From: Octopus sinensis
Taxonomy: Eukaryota
Assembly (NCBI RefSeq): GCF_006345805.1
Contig: NC_043000.1
Span: 45,136,001 to 45,200,000 of the forward strand
DNA length: 64,000 bases
Reading direction: 5' to 3'
Below are positions 12,421 through 25,518 of the stretch, piece after piece. A model generated the notes under the pieces. It did no database searches, was not told the origin of the DNA, and was given only the letters and a program-made list of their open reading frames with translations. The number at the start of each line of letters is the position of its first letter. Positions within the stretch are counted from its first letter, which is position 1. Both the position numbers and the translations under genes were made by a program.

Positions 12421-14109
12421 GGCTCAACATGAAGATTCAAGATAGTAAATGTGATTGTTTTACAACTGATTTTGATAGTAATGGTGATTGGTCATTAGAT
12501 GTCAGTCAGATATTCAACCTTACCATTTCTTCCCATGTTTTCATTGATCATCTTCTACCATGAGTACATTCGACTGTTAACACAGAGCATTTTTTCGCAT
12601 GGAAAGTGTTATCTATACCACATGTCTATCCCAGCCCAGCTATTTCCACCACCCCACCCTACCCTACCCATTGCTATAATAGTTAATATTTCTTTCACAG
12701 ACAGTTTCACAAATGTGAAAATGTTTTTCTATAATGTTTGGTGTGTACTAAAGTCTCATTTTAAATGTATAAAAATATAATAATAACAATGATAGCTACA
12801 ATCAAATAATTATAAAAACAAATTACTAAAAAAATGCAGTTTTCAATTTTCTTAAATCATAGCTTGGCTTGCAAAACAGAAGCAGAAGCAACAAATTTTT
12901 TGAAATAGTTTTTCATTTGAAAAATGCAAATTCTAACAATATTGATTTTTTTTATACTCCTCTCTGATCTTGACCCAATCCTTTGATGAGTACATCTGAT
13001 AAAAGTTGTGTTTTATGCAAAACAAATATGGTAATGAACCAAATCAAAACAAATTCACATTGATTACACAACTTCAGTTGTAAATGATGTTAAAACAAAA
13101 TCTAACCAATTACTTTATTGTGTATTTATCATTATTATTATTATTAATGTTATTTTTACTATTATAATTATTGTTGCTCTTGTTGTAATCATTATTGTTA
13201 TTCTCATTGTTTTGTGATATAAAGTTCTCTTTTAAATACATTTGTTCTTGTTGTGTTGTTACAATTCTGTTGACAACCTTGAAAACCGATAACTGTTTTG
13301 CAGCAAATTCAAAAGGTTTAATAGTATTTTCTTTTTCCGAGATAATGTATTTTTAACAAAAATTATTTTTATCTTTGATCTCTTATATAAGATTGTAATG
13401 CTTAAAGTTTTAGTGGCAGTAATATTTTTCACATTAAAAAAGAACAAAACAAGCAGAAAAACTGCTACTGCCTTTCAGACAGCTTTCATTGTTTACATGG
13501 ATATTCAATTGCTTTAAAATTTTGTTTAGGTCTTAACTCCTAGAGGAAAGATACGGGAGTCTGAAAGCCAAATAGGTCTATGATTGTGATCTAACTGGGT
13601 TGTATTCCTTCAGCTCTGGAGCAGTCAAATACCATGTTAGATCTTTAAGGTTATTTTCATAGTCATTGATGTTTGAACTAATGATACACATGTGTAGAAT
13701 TGGTGATAAGTGTTGAAGAAAAAATTACATAAACATTCTATAGAACATAGGAATTAAAGAATATTTAATTATAGCTAGCTTTGCTCTGAAGCATTTTTGG
13801 ATTATAGCCTCGAGAGAGAACACATTGATCTGACAAATGAAAAGTTGTCATTTAGCATAGGTCAGCTGTGATCAAACAAAGCTATGATCAAAGTATTTCA
13901 GCCAACACCATTTCATCTAGTCTTAGATCATGTATCTAAGACTTCATTACCCAATGTAACTTTGTATTTTCAATGGTAGTATGATGTCATATGAAGAGAA
14001 TTTGACTTCACTTTCCAGCAACTGTGTATCAGGTTCTTATAGAGGTTCCTTCTATGGTTTGGTTCAACCAAGTTAAATGTTTTACTTCCTCAGTAAAGTC
14101 AGGCACATG

Positions 14110-14144
<35 letters not shown>

Positions 14145-14168
14145 CACAGTGATATTGATCATTCTTGA

Positions 14169-14207
<39 letters not shown>

Positions 14208-15122
14208 GACTAGGTGATCATGTATCTCCTCTACAATAAGACATCTGTTTTTGTCTGTCTGTCTGTCACACTAACATTTCATCATCTGACACAAAATCAA
14301 GATATGTTACAGGATTTTGTCTGATAATCATTTTCAAATCTACAAGACTAGATAATTGCAAATATCAGCAGCTACATAGAAGAATATATACATTTTTCTC
14401 ATTGTACCAAACCTGAGTAGAACCCAAATAGCTTTTATCAGCATTCTAAGGTACAAAGCATGATTTCTTCCTTCATGTAAAAACCTCAATTTATCTCAGA
14501 GCAAAGCTAAATAGATATTTGTACGTATACTGAATTATATAATTTGCAGATGTGTTTTTAGTTGGCTTTAGCTATCATATGTTCAAAAATACTTTTATAT
14601 GAATGATAGTTTCACAACATAAAATCCACAGAATTTTGTCAATGTGAAAGGTTTGAAAAAGAGGAGGAAACATGAGATGTAAAAATCCTTAAGCTGCAAT
14701 GACAGCTACATATCTAAGAGGGTAGTAACTCTGGATAATTGCAAATACAGCATAAAATAAACTCCTTACTTTTATCATAGCAACGCATTTGGTGCAATGA
14801 CACTCAATTCATGCTGTAAAATAGCTGATGACAGGAAGTGCAGCAAGCTATAAACACCATGTCAAAAAACATGGCATAAGTATCAATAGAAATTGGTGAT
14901 TCTCTCTATTACTGCATGTGGCAGATGATAAGGAATGAGGCAGGACACCATAAAAGGTGATCAATCCATTGAAGCTTAGCAAAAATGATATACCTGTTTA
15001 GAGAAGGAGTGCAATTATGTCTTTTTGATATAAGTAGTGATGGTACCCTTTGACCCCTTGTTTCAAAGGGAACAAGTTTGGTATACCACCATTAAAGGAA
15101 GTTTAGAGGTCTGTTCATTTAT

Positions 15123-15556
15123 TCTTTTATTCTTTTACTTATTTCAGTCATTTGACTGTGGCTATGCTGGAGCACCACTCTGAAGGGTTTTAGTTGAGCA
15201 AATCAACACCATAACTTATTGGCCTTTATTTGCTGAATCACTACGTTATGGGGACCTAAATACACCAACACTAGTTATCAAACAACGATGAGGGAACAAA
15301 CACAGACACAAAGACACACACACATACACACACATGCATGCACACACATACATATATACATACATACATATATTCATACATACATACATATATACATACC
15401 TACAATGGGATTCTTGCAGTTTCTGTCTACCAAATCTACTCAGGGCTTTGATCAGCCCATGGCTATAGTAGAAGATGCTCTCCAAAGGTGCCATGCTGTA
15501 GGAGTGAACCCAGAACCATGTAGTTGAGAAGCAAGTTTCTTACCACACAGCCATGC
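15123..15556 (-). mobile_element. SINE family A, diverged copy
   Basis: Aligns by eye to 10614-11027 in reverse orientation. Confidence 0.85.
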
Positions 15557-15569
15557 CAGCATCTATGTT

Positions 15570-15930
15570 CATGAAATCAATGCATATTTGGCATAAGATG
15601 TTTCAGGTACAGAAGTTAGGGAGGAGTGGAGGTTGGTATTATTTCCGTAGGAAAGGGAATTGTTGGAGATAATTACAAGTGAGTCATTGTTGCATGAGAA
15701 TGACAGTGTGGGTGGAAAAACCAAATCCTGGACCCTGCCAAAGTCAATAGCATGTGGGTCAGAGAGCTGTAGCTGCAGACGCTGAAACTGGGCAATCTAA
15801 CTGGCAACAGCAATCCAAAAGATGAGAGACAGATCAAACATTATAAACAGGCAATTGCCAGGAAATTTATATTCCAGTCATGGTCAAAAGCTTTGTTTTA
15901 AAAGGAGGAATTACATCATTGCAATAGTGT
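15570..15930 (-). mobile_element. CR1/Jockey-like RT core remnant
   Basis: Degenerate QGSVLGPTLF..IND..YADD region across frameshifts. Confidence 0.45.
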
Positions 15931-16397
15931 AGGAAGCAGTAGAAAATATTAAGAAGAAAATTTCCTTTGAAGACCTTAGATTAAAGTTGCAATTAAATTT
16001 AAAGTGCTTAATATTTATCATATGCCCCTTAATTTTTTTTTTTTTTACTGTCAGATAATTTACTTAAAAAATCAAATCTGAAAAATTCCAAATAATGATC
16101 ATCATTGTCATCATCAATTTATAATTAAATATTAATAAACATAATTGATTGATGGAATTAATTTATTCATTATCTAACTTGAAAATATTCAAAGGGGTAC
16201 CATAATGCATGAGTACTAAAAAAAAATGATAATGGATGGTAATTTGATTAGCTCAATAGTGCACCGGGCTACCAGACCCAAATTGCAAAATTTGGGTCTG
16301 GTCAATTGTTTTCCTACCATTAACACTGAAATGCATTCAGAGCTGTGACAGTCAACTCCCAATTAATAGGTTCTATTTAGTTGCATTTTATAATAAA

Positions 16398-17004
16398 CTA
16401 GCAGTATAGCCCGGCGTTGCTCGGGTTTGTGTTTTTGTTGCGCTTCATTCACTCGTTCTGTCTTACGCTAATGCAATTAGTTTTTCTCATGAAAAATCGA
16501 TTGAAATTGCTGAATTGTACTCAACGCTGTAGCAGTTGACGACCTTGAAAATTAGTGCATTCATGCAGCGAAAATTACTCCTCTGCATTGGATCAGCTGA
16601 TCCGTCGTTCACTCAAAACCAATGACATCACAAAAAAATTATTTTCGACCCTTTAGAATTGGAATTTTTGAAAGGTAAAACTTTTGCATTATTTAGCTTG
16701 TTGTTCTCTTTAAGTGAACATTTTTCTGGTTGAAATACACCAAAAAATGGTGACAGAGCAGTCAAAAAATCATTAAAAATAGGGCTTTTCATAGAAAAAA
16801 AGCACCTTTTTGATGTAAATAATTTTTGATCTTAACATGGTCCGACAGGAATTTTTTCTTCTACGGAATGAAGAACAAGCCTTCTTCTATCATACTCTCA
16901 ATTTTGGTCAACTTGTGCCACAGGGTCTCGGAGGAGATAGTGTTAGTTGAAGGTTACTAAACCTGCCACACACACACAGACAACTTCAGTTTCATATATA
17001 TAGA
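16398..17004 (-). mobile_element. Non-autonomous Helitron
   Basis: Minus strand A|TCTATATATATG...CCCGAGCAACGCCGGG hairpin, then CTATACTGCTAG|T. 5' TC, 3' hairpin, CTAG end, AT target, no TSD. Confidence 0.85.
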
Positions 17005-17431
17005 TTATAATAAACATAAGTTTATATTGTTTATCTCTACATATGTCTCACCACTGTGGTTGTTTGAGATTCTGCACTGGATATTCCATGTGCAACTGGA
17101 TGCTTAACCACAACAGATCATCCAGAAATACTCTGTTGCATTATATTACAGTGAACTAATGATGATCCTTTGTCATTAAGCATTCAGTTAACTTGGAACA
17201 TTCAATGCAGAGTTCCAAACAGCTACAACAGTGAAATATATGGAAGGACTAATAATATAAATTTGCGTTTATTATAACTTCTGTATTTTCTCTCCATAGC
17301 TTAACTAGTACAGTAGTTATTTAACCACTAAACTAAAAGCAGACTGGACAATGATAATTCACATGGAGTTCGAAACTTAGCAGTTGCAGTCATGCATTTG
17401 TTTGTACACCTAAGATACACTATATAGACAT

Positions 17432-17834
17432 AGGAGTGGCTGTGTGGTAAATAGCTTGCTTATGAACCACATGGTTCCGGGTTCAGTCCTACTGCATGGC
17501 ACCTTGGGCAAGTGTCTTCTACTATAGCTTCAAGCTGACCAAAGCATTGTGAGTGGATTTGGTAGACGGAAACTGAAAGAAGCCCAACGCATATATGTAT
17601 GTGTGTGTGTGTGTGTGTGTATGTTTGTGTGTCTGTATTTGTCCCCCCAACATTGCTTGACAACCAATACTGGTGTATTTACGTCCCCGTAACTTAGTGG
17701 TTCAGCAAAAGAGACTGATAGAATAAGTACTAGGCTTACAAAGAATAAGTCCTGAGGTCAATTTGCTTGACTAAAGGCGGTGCTCCAGCATGGCCACAGT
17801 CAAATGACTGAAACAAGTAAAAGCGTAAAAGAGT
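17432..17834 (+). mobile_element. SINE family A, full length
   Basis: Colinear with 10614-11027. Confidence 0.9.
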
Positions 17835-18545
17835 ATATATATGTAGGAACACTTTGGCTATAGAATTTTTTGTTGCTGGCCACTGGAACACAACTCAATC
17901 ATTAAGAACATCATTAACTAACTGACATAGGTTAAAAATGTCTCATGGATTTTGATCGGAGAAGGAAGATTCCTGCTGGGTTGATTTGCTCTTGACACAT
18001 TAGTTGAAAAATAAGGAATTTAGTATAGTTTGAATAACTTCGTGAGAGTTATTCACTATACACATCAAGAAAACACTCTCTCTCTCTCTCTCTCTAAATA
18101 TGTCTGACTCATTACCAGTAGGTGTTCTTAATAAACAGCTATTCTCTTGCAACTCATTTGTCTTTGATTTTTCATGCAAGTTAACATTAAACATCCAACA
18201 AGATCATATTCAACTCATTCGGCTTTTGAAAGCCCTTCATCTCCTTAGTAAAGTTTCCAGTCTCATTTTGGGTTTGCTATTGATAATGCTTAGGTGATTT
18301 TGAAGATTTGTTTGATTGAGGGAAGTAACTCTTCATAATTTTAGAATACTGACAATATTTAATAAGCTAAAATTTGTATAGGCTACACAATTCATTGATT
18401 AGTTATATAACTTGTGGGAATAATATTAATTTCTTTGATTAGTCACTTTTGAAATCCTACAGTTTCAAATGCTTGTGGATATCTTCATTTAGAACAAATT
18501 GCAGTACCCTGAAGCTAATCAATTTATACTTAATTTTATAAGGAA

Positions 18546-18621
<76 letters not shown>

Positions 18622-19552
18622 CATTGTAGTAGTAATGTGTCAAAATTATATAATAGTTTTAGTTAGAATTTATTAGACAATATCATTTATTAAACTGATA
18701 CTGAAATATTTGAAGATTCTAATGATTTTGTAAACAAATTCTATTGAAGTACACTGTATATCTCTGTTGAAATTCATGAAGCTTTTTTTATTAATTTCGA
18801 AAATAATCCAAAATTTTAAGAAACTTAGTCAACTAATAGAAAGGTTCTCACATAAAATTTTGATGGGAAGTTTTAATATAGATATGAACAGTTCAAAAAT
18901 GAGGTTTGGTATCAAAGCAGTAAGGGAAGTTTAAAGTGAGATGATGATAAAATTGGTCCAAATGAATTTAATATTTCAAAGGAATCACATAATTAAATGC
19001 CATCATTTTATGATATGCAAACAATAGATTTTATCAAACATGTGCATATTTTGCTGTTTATTTGATTTAGTTTTTTTTTATTAAACTATATTATCAAACT
19101 GGATTTCTCATGAACAACAATAGATGACATTTCATATCTTGAAATATAACTAATCTCCAACAATGTCACCATTCCCCACCTGCATGCAAAATGATAAATT
19201 TTCCATACCTGTAATAGGCATTTAATAACTTGATATCATTTATTCAAATCATAAAAAATAATGACAAAAAGGCCTTTGTTGAATGGCTTAGGAACATTCC
19301 ATGACATATCATGCCACCAAAATAAGGGTCACAAATTTTGGTACAAGGCAAGCAAATTTAGGAGGAGGGGATTAGTTGATAGCCCCCCCACCCCTCCCCG
19401 CTCAACTGGTGCTTATGTTATCAGTTATCAACCCAGTGAGGAAAGAAAAGTTAACTTCAGTGGAATTTGAACTCCGAGCATAAAGCCAGAAGAATTATAT
19501 TCAACCAAAATAATGAAAAAGCTGAAAAAAATCGATAACTTAAGCGTATATA

Positions 19553-19785
19553 TATTTCTTTATTACCTACAAGAGGCTACGCATAGAGGGGACAAACAAG
19601 GACAGACAAAGGTATTAAGTCGATTACATTGACTCCAGTGCGTAACTGGTACTTAATTTATCGACCCCGAAAGGATGAAAGGCAAAGTCAACCTCGGCGG
19701 AATTTGAACTCAGAACGTAACCGCAGACGAAATATGACTACGCATTTCGCCCGGCGTGCTAACGTTTCTGCCAGCTCGCTGCCTT
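19553..19785 (-). mobile_element. SINE family B, full length
   Basis: Colinear with 40729-40959 in reverse. Diverged partial copies flank it at ~19350-19490 and ~19860-19920. Confidence 0.9.
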
Positions 19786-20103
19786 ATTAACTTTAAAGTA
19801 TATAGGGAATAGTGTCATTACTGCAAGGAAGATATGCCTCTTAGAATTTATTCAAGCTTCTTGCTTTCAGAGTTCAAATCCCATGAAGGTCAACTTTGCC
19901 TTTCATCCTTCTTAGCTTTCTAAATAACCCACCAGTCTTTGGTGTTGGATTTCTAGAATTATATGAGCATTATGCTGTTCTGGTTTGACATGTCCTGAAG
20001 TCAAATACTGTCATGGTTTACTTTTAACATCATTTCCTGACATATAGCTACCTTTAGCAGAACCCGTTCTTTTGCCAGAATTTGGATTAGATCTCTTTTT
20101 GGT

Positions 20104-20332
20104 TTAACCCTTTAGCATACAAATTAGTCATATCTGGCCTAAATATTCTACCTGTTTTACATTCAAACTAGCCAGATACAACTGCTCACACCTGCCCTAC
20201 AATGTTCTTCTACAAATAAGCAATCACATCTATAGAAATCTCAAAGCTACAAGATAATGCATGATTAATTCAAAACAATAGGAATAAATAAGCATTAGAT
20301 TTGACAGAGTAATCTGAATGTTAAAGAGTTAA
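20104..20332. mobile_element. piggyBac-type MITE, family 2
   Basis: TTAA|CCCTTTAGCAT...ATGTTAAAGAG|TTAA. TTAA flanks and imperfect TIRs. Confidence 0.7.
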
Positions 20333-20418
20333 GGGCACTTTCTTTCCTCCTTCCCTCTCACTAGTCTCACTGACTTTGAAAACAGTTAGGACCACTACCT
20401 TACCCACTTATATCTCAA

Positions 20419-20647
20419 TTAACCCTTTTGTTACCAGCCCGGCTGAAACCGGCTCTGGCTCTGTTGTACAAAAGTCTTGTTTCCATAAGTTTTAAATTAA
20501 AATCTTCCACCAAACCTTAGTCACAATTTATGTTCCTAATCCAAGCTGAATGATAACTAAGTCATTTTATTAAATTCTTTGTTATATTTAAAGTAATTGA
20601 AAGAAACACAGAACATCTCAAAATAAATACAGTAATGAAAGGGTTAA
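20419..20647 (+). mobile_element. piggyBac-type MITE, family 1
   Basis: TTAA|CCCTTTTGTTAC...GTAATGAAAGGG|TTAA. Further copies at 24944 (reverse) and 50438. Confidence 0.85.
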
Positions 20648-21116
20648 AATTAGAATTATATTTACCAGAATCTGCAGTGAACTATACCCACCATGTCTTA
20701 TTTCCTATTCTCTACATAATAAATCTCCTCTAATGTAAAATGCTTATAAAAACTAAGCTTATTACAAGTTGTAGGTAAACCAACAACAACTTTTTCTAAG
20801 AATAAAATACTTTGTCATAATACTCATTGCTGTTATAGTCATCATTGTTGCCATCATAGTTAGCAGAGATGACTACAGATTACAAGGACAATTGCTAATG
20901 AAGAATTCAAATAAAATTATAAAGGTTTAAGTGTTCACAGACAAATGCCTACATACATGCATTGACTGCCATGTGTACACATGTTTGCACAAGTATGTAC
21001 ATAATTATATTCACTGTCAAAGATACACAGTAATTATTAGTGCATGCATCTATTTATCTATCTATCTATCTCACTCTATACATACATACATACATATATA
21101 TCTATCTATCTATCTA

Positions 21117-21148
<32 letters not shown>

Positions 21149-21154
<6 letters not shown>

Positions 21155-21568
21155 CATCATCCTCATCATGATCAACGTTTAACGTCCGTTTTCCATGCTA
21201 GCATGGGTTGGACGGTTCAACTGGGGTCTGGGAAGCCAGTAGGCTGCACCAGACTTCAGTCTGATCTGGCAGTGTTTCTACAGCTGGATGCCCTTCCTAA
21301 CGCCAACCACTATGTGAGTGTAGTGAGTGCTTTTTGTGTGGCACCGGCACAGGGGCCAGAGGAGACTGGCATCAGCCATGATCAGTTGGTGCTTTTTATG
21401 TGCCGCTGGCATGGACATCAGTCAAGGCGGCACTGGCATTGACCATGTTCGGATGGTGCTTCTTACATGCAACCGACACGGGTATCACAACTACAATTTC
21501 CATTTGATTTTTATTTTGATGTTGATGTACTTGACTCAATAGGTCTCCTCAAGCACAGCAGGTCGCAT
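21149..21568 (-). mobile_element. RTE 3' UTR fragment with (GAT)n tail
   Basis: Matches the 3' end of the RTE at 26897-28332 (ttggcgttaggaagggcatccagctgtagaaac...catgctagcatggaaaacggacgttaaacg). Confidence 0.85.
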
Positions 21569-21576
21569 ATATATAT

Positions 21577-21628
<52 letters not shown>

Positions 21629-21702
21629 TATATATATATATATAACATTATTGGTGAATTGAAGAAATGGAGCTGAACGCAGATTGAACAGAAATCGTTT
21701 TA

Positions 21703-21791
21703 TTTCATTCTACACGTGTTTCGAAAGGCACAAATTACCAAAATCCGATTGAATAATGGGACCATATTGTGTCTTTCTCTTCAGGAAGAAA
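21703..21791 (-). ncRNA. Type-I hammerhead ribozyme (antisense twin of 22029-22117)
   Basis: Exact reverse complement of the plus-strand motif. Confidence 0.75.
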
Positions 21792-21901
21792 AAAGGAAAT
21801 CCGTTGGAAAAACAGAACAGAGGCGGAGCAAAAAACAAATCGAACTGTGCTCCTAAGAGCCCATGGCGATGATGATCTGTTCATATGTTGTATTATGGAA
21901 T

Positions 21902-21963
<62 letters not shown>

Positions 21964-22028
21964 TATCATCATCATAATCCGATTGAATAATGGGACCATA
22001 TTGTGTCTTTCTCTTCAGGAATTCCTTT

Positions 22029-22117
22029 TTTCTTCCTGAAGAGAAAGACACAATATGGTCCCATTATTCAATCGGATTTTGGTAATTTGTGCCTTTCGAA
22101 ACACGTGTAGAATGAAA
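22029..22117 (+). ncRNA. Type-I hammerhead ribozyme, canonical core, Penelope/retrozyme-type minimal stem III
   Basis: Stem I UUUCUUC / GAA(U)GAAA; CUGAAGA 22036-22042; stem II GAAAG-A-CACAA...UUGUG-C-CUUUC; GAAA 22098-22101; palindromic stem III CACGUG; cleavage triplet GUA, cut after 22109. Confidence 0.78.
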
Positions 22118-22325
22118 TAAAACGATTTCTGTTCAATCTGCGTTCAGCTCCATTTCTTCAATTCACCAATAATGTTTTAATTTCAATTATCCGCACCAAC
22201 GCACGGTTGCAACGCCAGATGGTTGTACCTCCAACCGTGCTGTTTACTGCTGTGATTTTTGCTACTAAGGTATCGGTTAAACTTTTGATTAATCTACTAC
22301 AAGATTATTCATCTTTCTATTTCAC

Positions 22326-22394
<69 letters not shown>

Positions 22395-22724
22395 TTATAT
22401 ATATATATATACACATATATATATAGGGGCAACAACAAAAAGAGAAGGATTCAATGCAAAATTCTTACATTGAAATGCATCCCTTTGAAACTTTTGTCTT
22501 ACCAGTTATTTTTCTTAATCCAAAACATCCCACTAACCTGCAGCAAGAAGATTGGGATTGAATTTCTGTGGACAAATGCCAAAGTGTGTGTATCACACTT
22601 CCTCCTTGCAATGAAAATGGGAATAAGAATTACATCATAGGAAGAAGATACGTCAATTGGGAAAATAGCTATTACAATGTTGATGGGGACAACAATGAAG
22701 ACGACGACGATTATGATGATGATA

Positions 22725-22780
<56 letters not shown>

Positions 22781-22858
22781 ATTCCATAATACAACATATG
22801 AACAGATCATCATCATCATCATCATCATCATTTCCATCATGAGCTTTATCATCACCAC

Positions 22859-22894
<36 letters not shown>

Positions 22895-23654
22895 GTCGCT
22901 CTTTTAGATATCCTTACATTTTCACTTCTCCAAATGCACGAGGGTCTAACTCATGTGAATCTTTGCATTTACTTTTAATTTAATAAATTAATTCAAGAGA
23001 AAAAGAGATTAATCTGAACATAGAAAAAAAAAACTAACAACAGATAAGGCAAACCCTAATACAGAGTTAGTTAAGTGCATGCTAATATACTTAATGTAGT
23101 GTGCCAAGAAATTTTAATTGATTAAAAATTTCGTCTGTATTGAAGAGAAAAGTAATTATCTTAATGATTAATTCTAGTGCAAAAGGACAGGTGGTACAAC
23201 TCAGAGTTTAAAATGAATTAACAATTGATTAAGAGCTTGCAATAAAAAAAATGAGTTTGATTTTGGCAACTACAATGAGAACTTTGCACATGTTCCAGAC
23301 TTATCAGTGCTTTTCAATGAACAACTATCTTACTAATACTTGCCACAGTCCCTAGATAGAGCTTTTATATGACTGAGAATAATATTCTCTCTTCATAGAA
23401 ATAAACAAGTTTATCTACAATCGAAACTTGAAAACAAATACAATTCAAACAGAACTTTCAATTTTCCGTCTTTCTTAGTTTCAATTCGAGTCCCAATAGT
23501 AAAAGTTATTAGTTTTGTTACTACTTTTATTTCATAAAAGAGACAATTTCAAGTTAGAATACATTTCTGCTCAGCTTACTAAATGAAACTAAAATATTGT
23601 AGCATTTGTCAGTCAATAAATCATTCCATAGATGGCGCAACTTGATATTGGTAG

Positions 23655-23723
23655 CTATTCCATCGTCTTCAACACTTCAGCTGAGTTGTCATCATAAACA
23701 TCATCTTTGCAGATTTCTGGTTC
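23655..23723 (-). CDS. Candidate terminal exon (EPEICKDDVYDDNSAEVLKTME*)
   Basis: Acceptor ataacacag, 22 open codons, locally higher GC and CpG. No homology recognised. Confidence 0.22.
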   Translation of the reverse strand, partial: EPEICKDDVYDDNSAEVLKTME

Positions 23724-24663
23724 CTGTGTTATTATAATAATGGATTGAACGAGATGAGATAACGTAGTCAGTTGTTACCACAATGTCTTTTACTTCAACA
23801 TTACTTTTCTATATTTCTTCTTTTTGTTTTTACTTTCCTATCTTTACTTATTGCTAAGCTAGGTGTCACAAGTGGAGACTGTAAAATTCCTTTTCACACC
23901 ATTCACAGGTCACAGGTTGTATTTTTATTTATTTATCTATTTATGTCTCTCAGATTTTATCAGATTTATTTAGTGGACATTGTTTGAATATTTTATTTAT
24001 TTCGCCAGACAAGACCTACAAATATTGTCCACTGAACTGCCTTTCTTGACTGATTGTATTATTATTATTATATTATTATTATTATTGCTGAGAAAAACTG
24101 ATCAACAATTTCTAATTGAGTATAGTCATGTTATAGAGCTGGCTAATTCAATGTCAAGAAACAACTTACAATTCCAATATCTTTGATAAAATATAAAATT
24201 TTTGATTTGTACAAGACTTCAGTGCTTTTGATCTGTTGTTATTGTTTGATCTGAAGTCAGTTCTAATTGAGCAGGCCTATTACCAAACTCATTCTAGACA
24301 TGACTTCCTTTTTTATATATCTAGACCATTATTCAATGTATCCTTTTTCTTTTCTTTTCTTTTTTTTTTTTTTTGTAAGATGGTAGAGTGTGAAGTTGGG
24401 TGTGAAACAGCTGTGTAGAGGCCCCCTTGTATATCTTGATTTTATTTGGTGGTTATCTTACCTCTGTTAAGGATTTCCTTTCAGATTTAAAAACCAAACA
24501 CTTTAAAAGCCAAAAGATTTGTGACTGCCACCATTTTTAAGAAACAAAATGTAGTGTTTTCAAGTGTTCATATTTAAATTAAAACTCAGTTTCATATAAA
24601 ATTTCTTTTACTTTACAAACGCCAAATTTTTATTAATGAGACCTTTGGCGATTTGTTGTGCTT

Positions 24664-25219
24664 GAGAAAGCTCATCAAGTCAAGTGAAATCGTAATTGTG
24701 GCTGGTGTCAGTAAGACATAAAAAACACCCATGCTGGTGAGGCATGAAAGGTGTCCAGACCAGTTGACAAGCACAGGACACCTACTACATTCTTGGGATA
24801 GCTGGCATTAAGAAGGGCATCCAAACAAGTTGACAAGTACAAGGCACCTACTACATTAGGAAGGGCATCCAGCCATAGAAACCAAACCAAATCAGATTGG
24901 AACCTTGTACAGCTCTCTGGCTTACCAATTCCAGTCAAACTGTTTAACCCTTTTGTTACTATATTTATTTGGAGATGCTCTGTGTTTCTTTCAATTATTT
25001 TAAATATAACAAAGAATTTAGTAAAATAACTTAGTTATCATTCAGCTAGTGATGGGAACATAAATTGTGACTAAGGTTTGGTGGAAGATTTTAATTCAAA
25101 ACTTATGAAAGCAAGACATTTGTACTCAGAGCCAGAGCTGGTTTCAGCCGGGTTAGTATTGAAGGGGTTAACCTATGACAGCATGGAAAGCGGATGTTAA
25201 ATGATGAAGATGATGATGA
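24664..25219 (+). mobile_element. RTE 3' UTR fragment with (GAT)n tail, interrupted by a MITE
   Basis: aggaagggcatccagcc..., ending atgttaaatgatgaagatgatgatgat. MITE sits at a TTAA. Confidence 0.75.
24944..25171 (-). mobile_element. piggyBac-type MITE, family 1 (nested in an RTE 3' UTR)
   Basis: Reverse complement of 20419-20647 with TTAA on both sides. Confidence 0.85.
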
Positions 25220-25518
25220 TAGTGATGCTCATATTGTATTAAATCTTACCAGATGCTTTCTGACTTTCAAAATCATTTAAAAGCAATAAGCAATGTATTT
25301 CATTACAAATATTTCTATGCAAGTACTAAAACAAAATTTTTGGTTACTGTTTTTGACACATTGTGAATGAAAGTGAGGTTTAGCTGCAACATTGCACAGA
25401 GAGAACAATTACCAGATACTTTCTTAATTGCTTAGAATTACAAGGATTGTGAATTACTCCTAAACTTCCTTAATTGTAAAGCATTGTTTCCATATAATTA
25501 GAGAAATCATGGAAGTCA

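Larger units (their letters stand above)
21644..22176. repeat. Perfect 155-bp inverted repeat (21644-21798 / 22022-22176) plus a 46-bp direct partial copy (21976-22021); Penelope-like inverted pseudo-LTR structure
   Basis: No mismatch found by eye between the arms. Abuts a (TA)n tract. Each arm contains a hammerhead. Confidence 0.9.

Noticed and set aside
18116-18390. Exon ending PTG|GTAATG
   Set aside because: No acceptor in frame. Upstream frames contain a stop and need a frameshift.
18760-18940. Plus-strand frame ...HKILMGSFNIDM as a host exon
   Set aside because: More simply explained as a decayed LINE endonuclease GDFN motif, and too weak to list as a feature.
21769-22907. Poly-His, poly-Asp, poly-Met and poly-Ile ORFs
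   Set aside because: Translations of (CAT)n/(GAT)n microsatellites. The same applies to YI/HT/CV-rich ORFs throughout (for example 26014-26381, 42781-43159, 45490-45840, 48161-48576, 61848-62090).
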